In this document: one piece after another, positions 11,932-26,658 of the stretch | Numbering within the stretch: the stretch's first letter is position 1 | Layout: the number at the start of each line of letters is the position of its first letter | Assembly: GCA_949358305.1 (NCBI GenBank) | Contig: OX442314.1 | Coordinates: 10,106,001-10,170,000, forward strand | DNA length: 64,000 nucleotides | Source: Strigamia acuminata | Taxonomy: Eukaryota | Direction: 5' to 3' | The notes under the pieces: generated by a model | Seen by the model: only the letters and a program-made list of their open reading frames with translations | The model's database searches: none | What the model was told of the DNA's origin: nothing | Translations under genes and position numbers: made by a program

Positions 11932-14900
11932 CTACATTGTGGTTGTTACAGTTTGTTTGGAGTTTTCTGTTGTTGTTGTTGTTGTTGTTGTTGGGGTTGT
12001 TTGTTCGGGTGTTGAATCTTCGACTTTTTTGTCGGTTTTGAACTGTTCGCGGGCTTCTTTTGAATGCCGCCATTTCATTCTTCGGTTTTGGAACCAGACT
12101 TTCACCTGCAAATGGAAATTCAGCAACTGTTAGTTGATTTATAAAATTGATGTAAAACATTAAACAATGGTGTAAAACAATGATCAACAGTGTAATACAG
12201 TGAACAATGATGTCAAACAATGATCAGCAGTGTAAAGCATTGAACAATGATTTAAAACAATGATAAACAGTGTCAAACATTGAACAATGATGTAAAACAA
12301 CGATCAATAGTGTAAAACAATGATCAACAGTGTAAAACAATGATCAACAGTGTAAAACAATGATCAACAGTGTAAAACAATGATCAACAGTGTAAAACAA
12401 TGATCAACAGTGTAAAACAATGATCAACAGTGTAAAACAATGATTAACAGTGTAAAACAATGATTAACAGTGTAAAACAATGATTAACAGTGTAAAACAA
12501 TGATTAACAGTGTAAAACAATGATTAACAGTGTAAAACAATGATTAACAGTGTAAAACATTGAACAATGATGTCAAACAGTGATAAACAGTGTAAAACAT
12601 TAAAAAATGACGTAGAAACATTGAACAAGAATGTTAAAACATTAAACAATGACGTAAAAACATTGACAATGATGTAAAAACATTGAACAAGAATGTTAAA
12701 ACATTAAACAATGACGTAAAAACATTGACAATGATGTAAAAACATTGAACAATGATGTAAAAACATTGAACAATGACGTAAAAACATTGAAAAATGATGT
12801 AAGAACATTTAACAATGATGTAAAAACATTAAAAAATGATAAAAAGTGATCAACAATGTAAAACATTGATGTAAACAATGATCTAAAACATTGATGTGAA
12901 CAGTGATCTAAAACATTGATGTAAACTATGATCTAAAACATTGATGTAAACAATGATCTAAAACATTGATGTAAACAATGATCTAAAACGTTAACCAATA
13001 ATTTTAAACGTTAACCAATGCTCTTAAAAATTGAACATTGACGGAAAACCGTAATCAACAATGTAAAACATTGACCAACGGTGCAAAACATTGAACAATT
13101 GCTTTAAAACAGCGAACACCAATCGTTTTAAACCATTTCCATTAAATCTAAAACCAAAATTGCAAAAAATTCACCAACCTGAGCATCGGTTAGGCCTAGC
13201 GTAGCTGCCAGCTGCCGCCTGTCCGGCTTCGTGATGTATTTCTGAATTTGAAACCGTTTTTCTAACCCTTTTCTCTGCAGATTGGAAAACACCGCTCGCG
13301 ACCACGACCGCTTTCGCTTCCCGTTGGCCGTGTGGTGCGCGTGGTGCGCGACCGAACTCATCGTACCCAACCGCATATCCAATTCGGAACTCGAATAAAC
13401 TGAAAAACAGTCAAGAAAACAACGCAAAATTAAAATAAATCCAAATTCGTGTTTGTATCCGAGCGAGAAAGAGAAAATAAAATGAAAACAAACAGAAAAT
13501 GACGAGTATTTATTTAGTTTGGCGAAATAGGCCTAAAGTGTCGTGATTTATCCGGGCGAGCACTTGGCGAGAAATGCGTTAAAATTATTTTAATGATGTT
13601 GTATATAGATCGGGATGAGCGTGTATTTGTTTAGCGGGCGCTCTTACGACTCGTTAGTCTTTGTTTGGTCATAAAGTCCAATGTAAATCAAGTGCTATTT
13701 ATTTATCGAAGCTTGATTCAAAGATTGCTATTGCTGCAATGGGTTGTGGCTATTAAAAGCTTGCAGAGAGAAAAAACGGAAATGTTTCAAAGACCACCCG
13801 GTAACATGTTTTGCCAATTGCGTTCTTTTTTGTTCTGGGGGTGATTGGGTAGAAATCTGGTCGTGTTTATTCGAATTTTATTTGGATTTCGTCAAATGTT
13901 GTTTAGGAGTTCACTAAAATGTGGTGAGATTTGTATATTTCGTGGATTTCACTAAAATGTGATTAAATTTGTAAATTTCATGGATTTCACTAAAATGTGA
14001 TTAAATTTGGAAAATTTCATGGATTTCACTAAAATGTGATTAAATTTGTGTATTTCATGGATTTCACTAAAATGTGATTAAATTCATAAAATTTCATGGA
14101 TTTTACTAAAAAGTGATTAAATTCATAAAATTTTATTCAAACTGTTAAAGTTTCGGGGGGAAATGTCTTGGAATTCAAAAAATTAATGAAATTTCATTTA
14201 GAATGTGATTTTAATTTGATAATGTGATTTTAATTTGATAATGTGATTTTAATTTGATAATGTGATTAAAATTCATAAAATTTCTCTAAAAATCACTTAA
14301 AATCTCATAATTGTGTGATAAAATTCGTAAAATCTTGGATGATTTTGTAGAATTTCATCAAAAAAGTGTTGTAAATCATTTTAAAAATTTATCAAATTTT
14401 TTTAAAAAAATTTATGATTCAGAATTCAGAATTTCATTGGAAAAAATTCGGAATTTCAATGAAAAAAATTCAGAATTTCAATGGAAAAAATTCAGAATTT
14501 CAATAAAAAAAATTCAGAATTTCAATGAAAAAAATTCAGAATTTAATTAGAAAATTCAAAATTATATTTAAAAATCAAAATTATATTTAAAAATCAAAAT
14601 TATATTTAAAAATCAAAATTATATTTAAAATTATCAAAATTCCTTTTTAAACCTTCAAAATTCCATTAAAAATATCAAAATTTCATTAAAAATATCAAAA
14701 TTTCATTAAAAATATCAAAATTTCATTAAAAATATCAAAATTTCATTAAAAATATCAAAATTTCATTAAAAATAACAAAATTTCATCAAAAACATTAAAA
14801 TCTCATTAAAAACTCTCAAAATGTCATTACAAAATATGAAAATTTCATGAAAAACCCACAAAAGTCCATTAAAAATCCTCAAAAGTCCATTAAAAACCCT

Positions 14901-16985
14901 CAAAAATCCATTAAAAATCCTCAAAATCCCAAATTCTGACCGTTTCCCAACTTACTCGAATTTGAATACGACATCAAAGGCTGTGCGCTGAATTTAGGAT
15001 AAGCCGTCGGTTGATACGGATAAACGGGATACGGCTCTATGATGTGATTACAACGACAAGACGGCATCGGACAACAGCGTGAAATGCACGCGGAGCACGA
15101 CAGCGAACAGATCGGCGACGGACTCGACGGCATCGGCGACTCCGATTCCGCATCTAAAACAAAACAAAAGATTAAAAAAATTAAAAAAAAAATTCCCAAA
15201 ACTAAATTTAGCATCTAAGATATTCATGAGCACTTTTATTATCGTAATTAAAGATGTTTGCCTAATGGTTTCATCAAGACAAGTGAGATGATAGGAAGGC
15301 GAGAGCGGCCATGATTCTGTCATCACATTTCGGTCCGCGGAGAGTTTGAGCTAAGTGCTCTCCTGTCATCAACTCTTTCCTTTTTATACGCTCATTTATG
15401 ACCCTCTTCACATATTTATATATAAATATAGTCTCGGAACTTAATGATTTAGAAAACTTCAACTTTATGGCCACTTGAAATCTGTTTTCACTTCAAAATC
15501 AGTCAATTTTTATGTTCTCCGAGCCAGACAGGCCTTAAACGACTAAAATCCGTCTGATTTTGTGACGATGCATCGGGAATCGGACAATTCATAATAAAAT
15601 ATGTCCGACTCTTTTGGAAAATAAAAAAATCAGTATCAAATGCATTAGAAGCCAGACAGATTTTAAAAAATAATTTTTTTCATTTCAAAATCCGTAAATC
15701 TCTGCAATTTGCGAGTCGGACAGGCCTTAAGCGACTAAAATCCGTCTGATTTTGTGTCGATGCATCGGGAATCGGACAAATTGTAACAAAATCTGTTCGA
15801 CTGTTTGCATTAAATTCTTCGGTACATCGAAGCGTTAAAAATCAGACAGTTTCTAACAAAATCAGTCAGACAGATTATAATTCTTCCCAAAATCTGTCTG
15901 ACTCCTCTCACATTCATCCGGACTGTTTTCGACTTGATCAGAAACAACGAATCGTCGCTTCCCAATGCATTGGGAATCAGACAGCTTTCCCAAACCCTGT
16001 CCAACTCCTCTTAACAAATCCTTAAAAACGACGCAGAATAAAGTGGAAAACATTTTGTAATTGGATCCACAAAAGCATCAGGTGTGGCAATATTAATATA
16101 GGAATAGTTTTACAATATATATATGTATATATAGCCCGAGAAAGACTAGAACCTGTGCGACTTGTGTCCATGTTAATCACTTGGCTATCTCGAGTTTCAT
16201 CCGCGACTGGAAAGGCGAAAGTGTCATCTATTGTACTGATCACGCACACGTGTTGAATGAACAATGCATTACCGCACATGGCCGCACGTGATTACAATGA
16301 AACATGACACAAATTCGGTTCCAATTTTAATTCAGGTTTCAATTTATCTCTCGCTTTCGCTGCCCTTTATACCCCTCATCACAACGGATCAAATATTTGC
16401 CACCTATCAACATCACGTGACGTTATTTAGGGTGGGGGCACCAAATGGGGATAAACATTGTTTTATCTCACCCCCAATGTCAAGATTAAACTTTTAAAAC
16501 ACCAATAAAACGTAAACAAACAATTTAAAACACAAATTTTAACATTTTTCTATTTTTTCACCATTTTTCTGCGTTTTTCCACCATTTTTCTGTGTTTTTC
16601 GACCATTTTTCTGTGTTTTTCGACCATTTATCACAATTTTTCTGTGATTTTCGCCATTTTTTCACGTTTTTTCGGTTTTATATCCGCCATTTTTTTATTT
16701 TTTTTATTTTTTTTTTTAAATTTTGATTTAGAAAATGTAAAATTTTGATTTTTTCTTACCTTTTCGAGTGGAAATGGCGTCGGACAGAATTTTGTCTATG
16801 CCGAATTTGAGATCTTTGCTGGGGATGGACGGGGCATCGTGCAGGGCCGAGCGTAGGACGACGCACGCGGCTTTCCTGGGCGCCATTTCCCGAGCGGCGG
16901 TGCCGAGGATGTCGTCGACTCGGAAGCCGTTGGAGTGTTTTTCCATTGACGGGGAGTAGAGCATGTAGCTGCCTGCGATGTACAT
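11932..16985 (-). CDS. HLX: H2.0-like homeobox protein (HLX), 4 coding exons, ~272 aa
   Basis: Exons 16985-16760, 15153-14956, 13399-13179, 12105-11932; all introns GT-AG and frame-consistent (819 nt). Homeodomain KRKRSWSRAVFSNLQRKGLEKRFQIQKYITKPDRRQLAATLGLTDAQ|VKVWFQNRRMKWRHSKEA is near-identical to HLX. Two eh1-like motifs (FRVDDIL, DLKFGIDKILS). An in-frame upstream ATG at 17231 is a possible alternative start. Confidence 0.95.
12150..12990. repeat. Intronic minisatellite (20-, 21- and 25-bp units), HLX intron 3
   Basis: TGATCAACAGTGTAAAACAA x>10 and variants. Confidence 0.95.
13910..14925. repeat. Serial intronic minisatellites (38, 19, 22, 19, 20 bp), HLX intron 2
   Basis: For example AATATCAAAATTTCATTAAA repeats at 14671-14790. 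Confidence 0.9.
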
Positions 16986-17419
16986 GTTGGGGCGATCGAT
17001 TCGGTCGGATCGGGTCGGGTATTGTCGGGAGTTGGGATGTTGTGCGAGATGTGAGAGGCGATAACTAGTTGCTTCTGTTTTTAAACTCGGGCCTTTTGGT
17101 TTCCGCCCCGTTTGTGTTGAAATGCGCGTGGCGGGCTCGAAGCGCCGCCCTGTTCTGAGGGGGTCGGACGAGTCTGGCCAATCGCGTGCGAGGGGTTGGT
17201 CATGTGCGTGTTGGAGGAAGTTATCAGCCATGTTTTTTTTTGGTGGGGGGTTTTTTTTCGGTAATTTTTATTGTTATTTGATTTTTTTTGCTGTTGGGGA
17301 AGATTAATGAGGTGAAATATTGTAAAATCAATATTGGAATTGTTTTATGGGAAAGATGTGGATAATGATTGGGGGAATGGGGAAGTGGTTTTTAATGATG
17401 GTGGCAATGGGAAAATGAT

Positions 17420-19250
17420 GTTTTGACAATGGAAAAAAATGGAAAAAATGGAAAAAGTGATGTTTTAACAATGGGAAAAGTGGGGAAAATGGAAAAAATG
17501 AGGTTTCAACAGTGAGAAAAATTGGCAAAGTGGAAAAAATGATTTTTTAACAATGAGAAAAATGGCGGAAATGGAAAAAATTGAAAAATGGAAAAAAACA
17601 ATGTTTTAACATTGGAAAAAATGGAAAAAATAATGTTTCAACAATGGAAAAATTGGAAATATGGAAAAAAATAATGTTTTAATAATGGAAAAAATTGAAA
17701 AATGGAAAAAAAATAATGTTTCAACAGTGGAAAAAATGGAAAAATTGATGTTTCAATAATGACAAAAGTGGAAAAATGGATTAAAAACCATTAACAAAAT
17801 AGAAAACATGTACAGCAATATCAGAAAAAGTGAGAAAAGTGGAAAAACAAACTTCAAACCGGTTAAAAATGGAAAACATTTTTTAAAAAAATAAAAAAAC
17901 ATGAAAAACATGAAAAATACACATCATTGAGATATTAAAAACAAAAAAATGAGATATAAACATCCAAAACAAAACAAAACAAAACACAAAGCAATCAAAA
18001 CCACTAAAAACAAACCAACAAACACCAAACACATTAAAAAAAAACATTTAATCAACCAAAAAACTCACAAATCTCTTATTTACTGACCTAGTGAATAAAA
18101 ACGAATATTAGCATGCAATACTAACCCAATACTAAATTACTAACCCATATACAGACGCAAAAAGAACCCACACCCTAGTCACTTCACTTTTCCCTAAATT
18201 GGCACACAAGTGTGTCTAATTTACTTTAGACTTGTCATAAAATGATAAAACCCAACTTAACTGATAACACTGAGTACTATAGTAGCTTTTGACTTGACAA
18301 TTCCCACCAGATGGGCCCAATACAATCAAGTGATTGCTTTGCTGGACCCATCTAGTCCCGATTAAATTCTACACAATCTCAATCTCGAAAAATAAAACGG
18401 TTCTCACCGATTGACATTTATTGAAGTCACAAACAACCGCCATCTTGTAATCCAAGAAGCCAAAACAACAAAGCGTACCAAAGTGTCTTTGTAATTAAAC
18501 ACCCGGACAAATCTTCAATGACAATTCCACGAAATCAATCTCAAGCACTGACCTCGAACTGACCTGCAAAACAATAGCAGAAAAATACACATTTGCCCTT
18601 TAACTCCCACCAAAAAAAAAACAATAGATAAAAAAATTAATAAAAAATAAACGACAAAATAATCAACAAAAATAAGAAAAAACAACAAAATAACCAACAA
18701 AAAACAAGAAAATACAACAAAAAACAACAAAAATCAGCAAAAAACAACAAAAATTAACAAAAAACAACAAAAAATAACAAAAAACAACAAAACACAACAA
18801 AAAACAACAAAAAACAACAAAAAACAACAACCAAACAACAAAAATCAGAAAAAAACAACAAAATAATCAACAAAAAACAAAACAACAAAATAATCAACAA
18901 AAAACAAAACAACAAAAATAACAAAAAACAACAAAAATAACAAAAAACAATAAAAAACAAGTAAATACAACAAAAATCAACAAAAATCAACAAAAAACAA
19001 CAAAACACAACAAAAAAACAACAAAAACAAAAACCAAACAACAAAAATCAAAAAAAAAACGAAATAATCAACAAAAAACAAAACAACAAAAATAACAAAA
19101 ACAACAAAAAACAACAACAAAAAAACAACGAAAAACAACAAAAAACAACAAAAATCAGAAGAAAAAAAGAAAATAACCAACAAAAAACAAAAACAACAAA
19201 AAACACCTAAACCAACCAATAAAAAAATAAAAATCCAAAACTAAACCCCA
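17420..19250. repeat. A-tract-rich degenerate repeats (~10-bp period) upstream of HLX, interrupted by a unique island at ~18070-18600
   Basis: TGGAAAAAA-type and AAAACAACAA-type arrays. Confidence 0.85.
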
Positions 19251-20034
19251 AATATTTTTTTTTTTCAAAAACATTACACAACCGAGTTGACATTGACAGT
19301 GTCGCACTCGTCGTCGGCCGCGATTGGTGGAAAGCGACGCGAAGGACCTCCCAATTCGCGTTGAGACTTGTAAACAATTTTTCTTTTTCTCGCCTCGAAT
19401 CAAATGTTGTTTTGTTTTTGTTTTCGACTCGCTATCACGAAGCATTCGATGAAGGATTCGCACGAGGCAGCAAGCCCCTGCTGGGGGTCTGCGGGGGTGG
19501 TGAAAACATTCCCCCCGTTGGCCGTTTGGCCGTTTCTAATGGTCAAACAAGGTAGATTACAAGCTGGCATTGTGTCTTTGTTGGTTCTTTGAGCACGCCG
19601 CTAGTGGCGTGCTAGTGTTGACACATTAGTGGCACAATGACCTTTGCCAGGGCGCTATTGTGGACACCGTTAGTGGACAGTGATTGCTGCTGCAAATTGG
19701 TGGATCTTTACATCTTTTATTGTTGTAAGTGGATGGCAATCAGCGACAGATGTGTGAAGAGTTGAACAAGGTAATTGTAGTTGGATTGGATGCTTGAAAA
19801 TGATTGCGATGTCAATGTGTTTCTTTATTTGCTGGGTTTTTGTTGGGTTTCTGATGGATTTTTTGGTTGTTTTGTGGGGGTTTTTTGATGGAAATTGGGG
19901 GGTTTGGGGTTATTTTGGTGCTGGAGATGGTTTTTTGAGGTGGTTGGTGGGAGAATTGATGGGTTTTTTTTATTATTTCACGAGGGTTGAGTGGAGTTTG
20001 GATGTGGTTTGGGGAAAAGATGGATTTTGAAGGG

Positions 20035-20810
20035 AATTGGAAGTGAAAAAATGAATTTTGAAAGGAATTGAAAGTGAAAAAATGAATTTTGACAAAAGTA
20101 AAAGTAAAAAAATTCATTTGACAAAATTTAAAGTGAAAAAATAAATTTTGACAAAATTTAAAGTGAAAAATAAATTTTGACAAAATTTAAAGTGAAAAAA
20201 TTAATTTTGACAAAATTGAAAGTGAAAAAATGAATTTTGACAAAATTGAAAATGAAAAATAAATTTTGACAAAATTGAAAGTGAAAAAATGAATTTTTAC
20301 AAAATTGAAAGTGAAAAATTAATTTGGACAAAATTGAAAGTGAAAAAATGAATTTTGACAAAATTGAAAGTGAAAAAATGAATTTTTACAAAATTGAAAA
20401 TGAAAAAATGAATTTTGACAAAATTTAAAGTGAAAAAAATGATTTTTGACAAAATTTAAAGTGAAAAAATGAATTTTGACAAAATTGAAAATAAAAAAAT
20501 GAATTTTTACAAAATTGAAAGTGAAAAAAAATGAATTTTGACAAAATTTAAAGTGAAAAAAAAAGAATTCTGATAAAATTTAAAGTGAAAAAATGATTTT
20601 TGACAACATTAAAATTGAAAAAATTCATTTTGACAAAAGTAAAAGTAAAAAAATTCATTTGACAAAATTAAAAGTGAAAAAATTCATTTTGACAAAAATA
20701 AGTAAAAAAAAAATTAATTTAAAAAAAATTAAAAGTTAAAAAATTTTTTTTTGACAAAATTAAAAGTGAAAAAATTCATTTTGACAAAACTGAAAGTGAA
20801 AAAAAACTCC
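20035..20810. repeat. 30-bp minisatellite
   Basis: TGAAAAAATGAATTTTGACAAAATTGAAAG x~25. Confidence 0.95.
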
Positions 20811-21649
20811 AAAAATCCAAAAACCAAAGAACAATTTTTTGAATTACGACACGTTTTGCCTGACTAATGTGCTGTTGACAACCCTTGACTTTAGCCACTC
20901 CCAAATGTCCTATCGGTCAAGCTGTCTCAAGTTAACCTTTGAAGTCGTCCGTGTCGCCAAACCGTCCTCAATGCGCCGTGTGGGGTTGGCACCCAGAGAT
21001 GCGCCAGTTCCCATGTGTCCTTCACCGTGTCCAATCGTGGAACCCACACAAATTCCACCCCCGCATTCACTAACAGTCGGGGGCACGGGCACCAATCTAG
21101 CACTCAACCGTGATAACTACAAACTATAAACCATTTAACTCCTGCAATAAACATAATTACTCATCAAAATGATAAGAAAATTGACAAACAAATAGAAAAA
21201 ACTCACAAAACGACTTCTTCGATCATTTTTTGACATTTTCTTTCCATCTTTAAGCAGATTTTAAAGGAATAAATTTAAAATTTATTAATTTATAATTTAA
21301 TTACTATATAGTTTAAAATTGTATCATCAGATGGCGCCACCGCACAACCATGATGGAATCTCGATTCAACCCACTGAAAGGTCAAATAAAATGGCCTAAC
21401 CTGAACACACTTTGTAATCATTGTTAAATCTTTAAATCCATAGCTTTCACTCGTAGACTTCGGTCACATTTTAGAAAGCTTGACCCGTTCACTCGAGAGA
21501 ATCGGAGCGTTATTAATCAGTGAAATTGTGTTTATTCAGTGTAACAAAAGTGTACTGGAAATAACACTGTACAAAATGTTACAAAAGTGTGTAAATAAAT
21601 GATTTGTAGTTGCATATATAAAATCATAAAATGTATTTAATTTCGAATA

Positions 21650-22150
21650 CATTTTGATATCATTTTTTAATCACAAATCACATTTTGGATAACAAAATCA
21701 CATTCTGATACACTAAATCACATTTTGGTTCACAAAAACACATTTTGGTTCACAAAAACACATTTTGGTTCACAAAAACACATTTTGGTTTACAAAAACA
21801 CATTTTGGTTCACAAAAACACATTTTGATACATATAATCACATTTTGATACATAAAATCACATTTTGATAAATAAAATCACACTTTGATACATAAAATCA
21901 CATTTTGATACATAAAATCACACTTTGATACATAAAATCACATTTTGATACATAAAATCACATTTTGATATACAAAATAATATTTTGATACACAAAATCA
22001 CATTTTGATATACAAAATAATATTTTGATACACTAAATCACATTTTGATACACTAAATCACATTTTGATACACTAAATCAGATTTTGATACACTAAATCA
22101 CATTTTGATACACTAAATCAGATTTTGAGAGACAGAATCACATTTTAAAA
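21650..22150. repeat. 20-bp minisatellite
   Basis: CATTTTGATACATAAAATCA and CATTTTGGTTCACAAAAACA arrays. Confidence 0.95.
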
Positions 22151-22440
22151 TAAAAAAAACGTTTAATTGAAAACAAAAACTGTCTTCTCTGAAATACATT
22201 CAGGTGAGGTCACTTCCGTGACCTGGATTCGTTTTGGCCAATCCCCGCCAGGGGTCGCTCCAACGAAAACGATTACGTCCACTTCCAGCTTTAAAAAGGA
22301 AATTTCTCGGGTCAAGAGACATTCCCCAACGTTTTTCCAACCATTTTACACGCGAAAAAGTAAGTTCGTACAACGTTTTTTTCTTCCTTTCTATTTTTTA
22401 TTTCTATTTAAAAATTCGAAATTTTCAGTCAAAATCCAAA

Positions 22441-23814
22441 ATGGATTTCTGGACTCGCTTGCTCATCGCCGGAACTCTTTTATCCCGATTACAATTCCCA
22501 ATACATTCTTTCAATTCCAACCATCGCATGCCGGGATGGTCGCCTTGGATCGGCCGAAGTTTGGTGCTCAAACACCCGTTAGTTTCACCGACACCGACCA
22601 CAGATGCACAAATCGAAACCGAAACACCGCCCGCGCCAACAGTCGTCACGGGAGCGCCGTTACCGCAGTTTTCGCCCGTGTCGCATTTGGGCGTCCCCGT
22701 ATACGTCCAACCGATGCAGCATCGAGTTGGGGTCATCGCACCGCCATGGTTCGTCAAGGGGCCCCCCGTCGCGACCCCGCAAGTGTCAAGGACGTCCAAG
22801 TCGTTTTTGGAAAAGGCGATTACGTTTTTGCCGAGTTTGTTGAATTTGTTCGGGTTCGGAGCCCCCGCGACCAATCCGAAATCGAAAGCGGCTTTTGACG
22901 AACTGTTTAGGATGTTCGGCATCGAGTCGAGTAGTGTCGGGGTGCTGGCAATGAATTTGCTCGTTTTTGTGGCCGAAAAGGTGAAAAGATTAAATTTTTT
23001 TTTAATTTTTAATTTAATTTTATTTATTTTGTTAGATTGCTGGTCGGTTTTTGCCGTCGGATGGGAATGATGTGGCGGAAGGTCGAGGGTTTGGTCGAAA
23101 TAAATTGTTTGGTTTGAATTTACCATCGCAAGAAAAGGTGAGTTTGATATTTTGAGATTTTGTGACGTCACAAGTCGCTGGTAATGCACAATGAGGTTGT
23201 ACGTAATTAAATGTTTGTTTTTAAGGAATTTAATGTCGTTTTAGAATGTTTTAAACGTTTTTTTTTGGGAATAATAAGCACTGTATGTTGATATTTTTCG
23301 CTTATTTATTGAAATTGGGTGTTTTTGGCGAATTGTGACGTCATAGGATCTCATTGGATAGGAGTTAATCGCTGGATGGCGCGGAAGAGAGTTAAATTTT
23401 GATTCTTCAGGAATAAATAGATTTTTAATTTTCTTTTTTTAGATTTCTGCGATTACAAATGCGCTTGCTGATAACCAATTGACTGAGAAAGTGATGCACA
23501 ATATGGAGATGATGAATGGGAACAAAACCGCCTGTCAACAGAAACTCGTTTGCAAATTATCGCCGTTTGTTAAAGGAATGCAGAGCTATCTTTTCAACCG
23601 CCATGTCAATCAACATCAGGACAATGAAATCAAGTAAAAAAAAAATTTAAATTTTAAAAAAACAATTCAAATAAGATTTATTTATTTATTTATTTTTATT
23701 TTTAGTTTATCGGGGTCCTGGACGAGTCGTTTATACAATTCATTGCCGTCGTTATTCGATTTCAAAACGACGAGTAACAGTTGCGATTTACGATTTCCTC
23801 AGTGTATATATTAG
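22441..23814 (+). CDS. Secreted/membrane 4-Cys DM4/DM12-like protein A (~313 aa)
   Basis: Exons 22441-22980, 23036-23137, 23443-23633, 23706-23814 splice in frame. Pro-rich N-terminus, hydrophobic segment VGVLAMNLLVFVAEKI, CQQKLVCKL motif, C-terminal CDLRFPQC. Non-coding first exon ~22321-22359. Confidence 0.75.
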
Positions 23815-25021
23815 GAACGAAACCTAGAGAGCGAAACTTAAAATTCTGTCACGTGATGCTTAGTTTGGTTTTACGACCATTAGAGGGCGAAGTGTGGGTA
23901 CCATTATTTTGTAAATAGATTTTTGTTATTTATTTATTTGTTTTATTTTATTTTATTCATACTTTCTGTGTATTATTTTTCTGAAATAAATCATTTCAAC
24001 CGAAAAAAGTGCAAATTATTTTTAAAAAATTAAAAAAAAATTAATAAAACCCAATAAGATAATTAAGAAAAATCATTTTTAGAATAAAATAAAAATCTCA
24101 TTGCATTTTTTATCATTTATATATTGGAATTTTGAATCTACTCATTGTATAACTGCACAGTACAGGGCACCATGCATGGTGCTTTAGGCCAATTCAGTTA
24201 TTTCCTGTTTTCAACTGTTGTGTAATGGCTAATTGTCTTTTCACAGTTCATCTTATAAGTCATATTTTAATTACGATAAGTTGACTTATGAAGTGACAAA
24301 TTTCTAACGACAAAATTTCTAATGATAAGATGCTAGGTTAGATTAGGTTTGGATTAGACATTTTGTCATTCGACATTTCGGCTTTGACATTCAGAAAATC
24401 CACCTTCGACCACGAAAATCGAAGAATCCGTTCATCAAAGACGGGAAAGTCGTGGGAAGAAACTAAAAAGAGAAGAAAACGGTCAAAATATGTGGCGGCG
24501 ACATCGTAAAGTCGAAGAAATTCACTTACGAGAGTTGCTGCACATGTCGAGACATGAAACATATCTAAACTTTCTTTGATTTTAGTTTAACAGTAGATGC
24601 TTATTGTTTCATGTATAATCCAACATAAACTATTAAATTAATCGTTCCAGCTAGCATGAAAATTGAAATAACAAGCATGTGCACTATTAATCTACCCAAC
24701 ACAAAATGATATATCTTTTTCTGAATATGGTTTTTCATCCAAATAATCGACAACTGTCATTTCACTTTAAATGCAAGTTCAAATCATTTCCTTTTCATCT
24801 CACTGACTTCTCTCATAAAAAAGAAAAATCCTAATTACAGTGTGCACTTGACATCTTTTCACGCTCTACAACATATATCCCAAAATTAATGGATTTATTT
24901 TCTTTCTCTTATTCCTTTCTCCACAATTAACCAAGACATTATAATTGCTTATACTAAGTAAGGTCACACTTCCACCAAGTGGACACTCATTCACAATACA
25001 CCTGCACACCAACAAGTAAAC

Positions 25022-25824
25022 ATGAAGGTAAGATTTACAACAAAAAAACAAATTGTATGCTTAAGACCACACAATACAAGTGAAACCAAACTACTTCCGT
25101 CACATTTTCGTTTGGAATCATTCGTGCCTAAAGAAAATTTCACTTAAAAAAAAAAAAAAAAAAAAAATTAATGCATTTTGTTTCATATACAAACAGGTTT
25201 TGCTTCAGTTTTTACATCTTTTATTTCTTCTCGATGTGTGTGCTGCTTCTGCTTTCTGGAAAAGCAAACAAAATCAAACAACAAAGACTAAATCACATGA
25301 CTACAACAATACCACCCATTTTTCCCAGTCAATGCTGAGAATGAAACGAAATTCTATGATGGCTTCTAGTTTTGGGAGCAACTTGTATCCAATATTAGAT
25401 GCAAGTGTGACCATTTTGAGTTTTGCTGCTTTTGCCAGTCTCTTCACGATGGCCATATCCAGATTCATCATGAATAGGCCTTCGAGTAACACTGGTGGTA
25501 CTGGTGGCACTGGCTCTGGTGGTTTACTGGGCAGTATTGTATCATTGGGTCAAAGGAAAGAGGTGAATAGCACTGATAGTAATGATGACGTCATGAAGAT
25601 TCTCAATAAGGCCGACAGAGCGTGCATTGAGTGGCGAAAATGCATGAAAAAGAATTTTTACGCGAATAAAAATAAAATCAGTCCACAGGTGGGTTCATTT
25701 CGGGTGGAAGATAATTTAAAAAAATTTAAATGATCGATTTATTTCGTTTCAGGAGTGTCCGCGACGCCCACGTTCGTGTTCGCTGAACGAAGCGCTTCAA
25801 CCACCGAAACCGAAAACCCGATGA
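25022..25824 (+). CDS. Secreted 4-Cys protein B, divergent DM4/DM12-like (~189 aa)
   Basis: Micro coding exon ATGAAG (25022-25027)|gtaag, then 25197-25688 and 25753-25824. Signal peptide MKVLLQFLHLLFLLDVCAASA, RMKR site, hydrophobic helix VTILSFAAFASLFTMAI, CIEWRKC...CPRRPRSC. Confidence 0.7.
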
Positions 25825-26586
25825 TGGAAAATTGAATTTTAAAAACTTTATAATTTATTTATTTATGTGTTATTTATTAATTATTACCGTTATTTATTAA
25901 AATTGTTTCTTAAGTTTTTTAAAAAAAATGTTTTATGAGTAAATTACGAGATAAAACCGAGAGAAAACTCGTTAGGTTTAGATGGGTAGGCCCAAAACGC
26001 GGAATAAAAAACGAAATTTAATGTTTTTGATCGCTATTTCCTTTGTGTAACGAATTAAGAGATTAAACCAGCTATTAAAAACGAATTTTATTCTATTCTC
26101 GTGTGATTTTAATACGATTAAATTAGGAAATTGACCCCTAGAATCCGAGGTTTCGTGTTGACACAACTTTCGATTCGCATAAAACACGTGCAAAACTCCA
26201 TTTTATTTTATTTATTTAATTTATTTAATTTCCAACATCAGAAACGTGTAATTCAATGTTTAATCATTCATAAAAAGGCTTATTTGCAAGACGGAAGGAA
26301 GTCGTAGTCAATAAATTAACTATTACTGCATACAATGAGTCATTTAGTTGTTACAGCGAACTTGAACTCGATATAAGAGAATCAAGTGCACGAACTGGTT
26401 GATAGGAATTGATAAATCAGACGCGAAATCCGGATCGGCGACGAGTGAATGCGAAGTGGGCGTTTCCAATGGCGCAAGTTGCCAAGCAACGGCATCTAGC
26501 ACATCTGGGTTCGCCTTGGTTGGCCGAGGATGACGGGCAGTGGGACGCAAGCGCATCACCAGGTGGTGTCGGAAGCACGGAGATGT

Positions 26587-26658
26587 TATAAAGAGATCCG
26601 TACACGAATTTCTTCTCATTCTGCTCTTCCTGGCTCCCAAAAACTCATCAAACTTGAG
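26587..26658 (+). promoter_or_regulatory. TATA + Inr core promoter and non-coding exon 1 of gene C
   Basis: TATAAAG at 26587, TCATTC Inr with +1 A at 26618 (-31 spacing), donor GAG|gtaaat at 26658/9. Confidence 0.7.

Noticed and set aside
16986..17231. 82-codon N-terminal extension of HLX from ATG 17231
   Set aside because: Open in frame but without recognisable motifs, and it overlaps likely promoter sequence (CCAAT near 17178); kept only as a possibility.
22167..23189. Overlapping ORFs of 243 aa (+) and 254 aa (-)
   Set aside because: Alternative-frame and antisense shadows of the GC-rich first coding exon of gene A, whose frame splices into the conserved Cys domain.
24335..24360. TTAGG-like motifs suggesting telomeric repeats (also ~62295)
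   Set aside because: Only 2-3 degenerate units, embedded in MULE-type non-autonomous elements.
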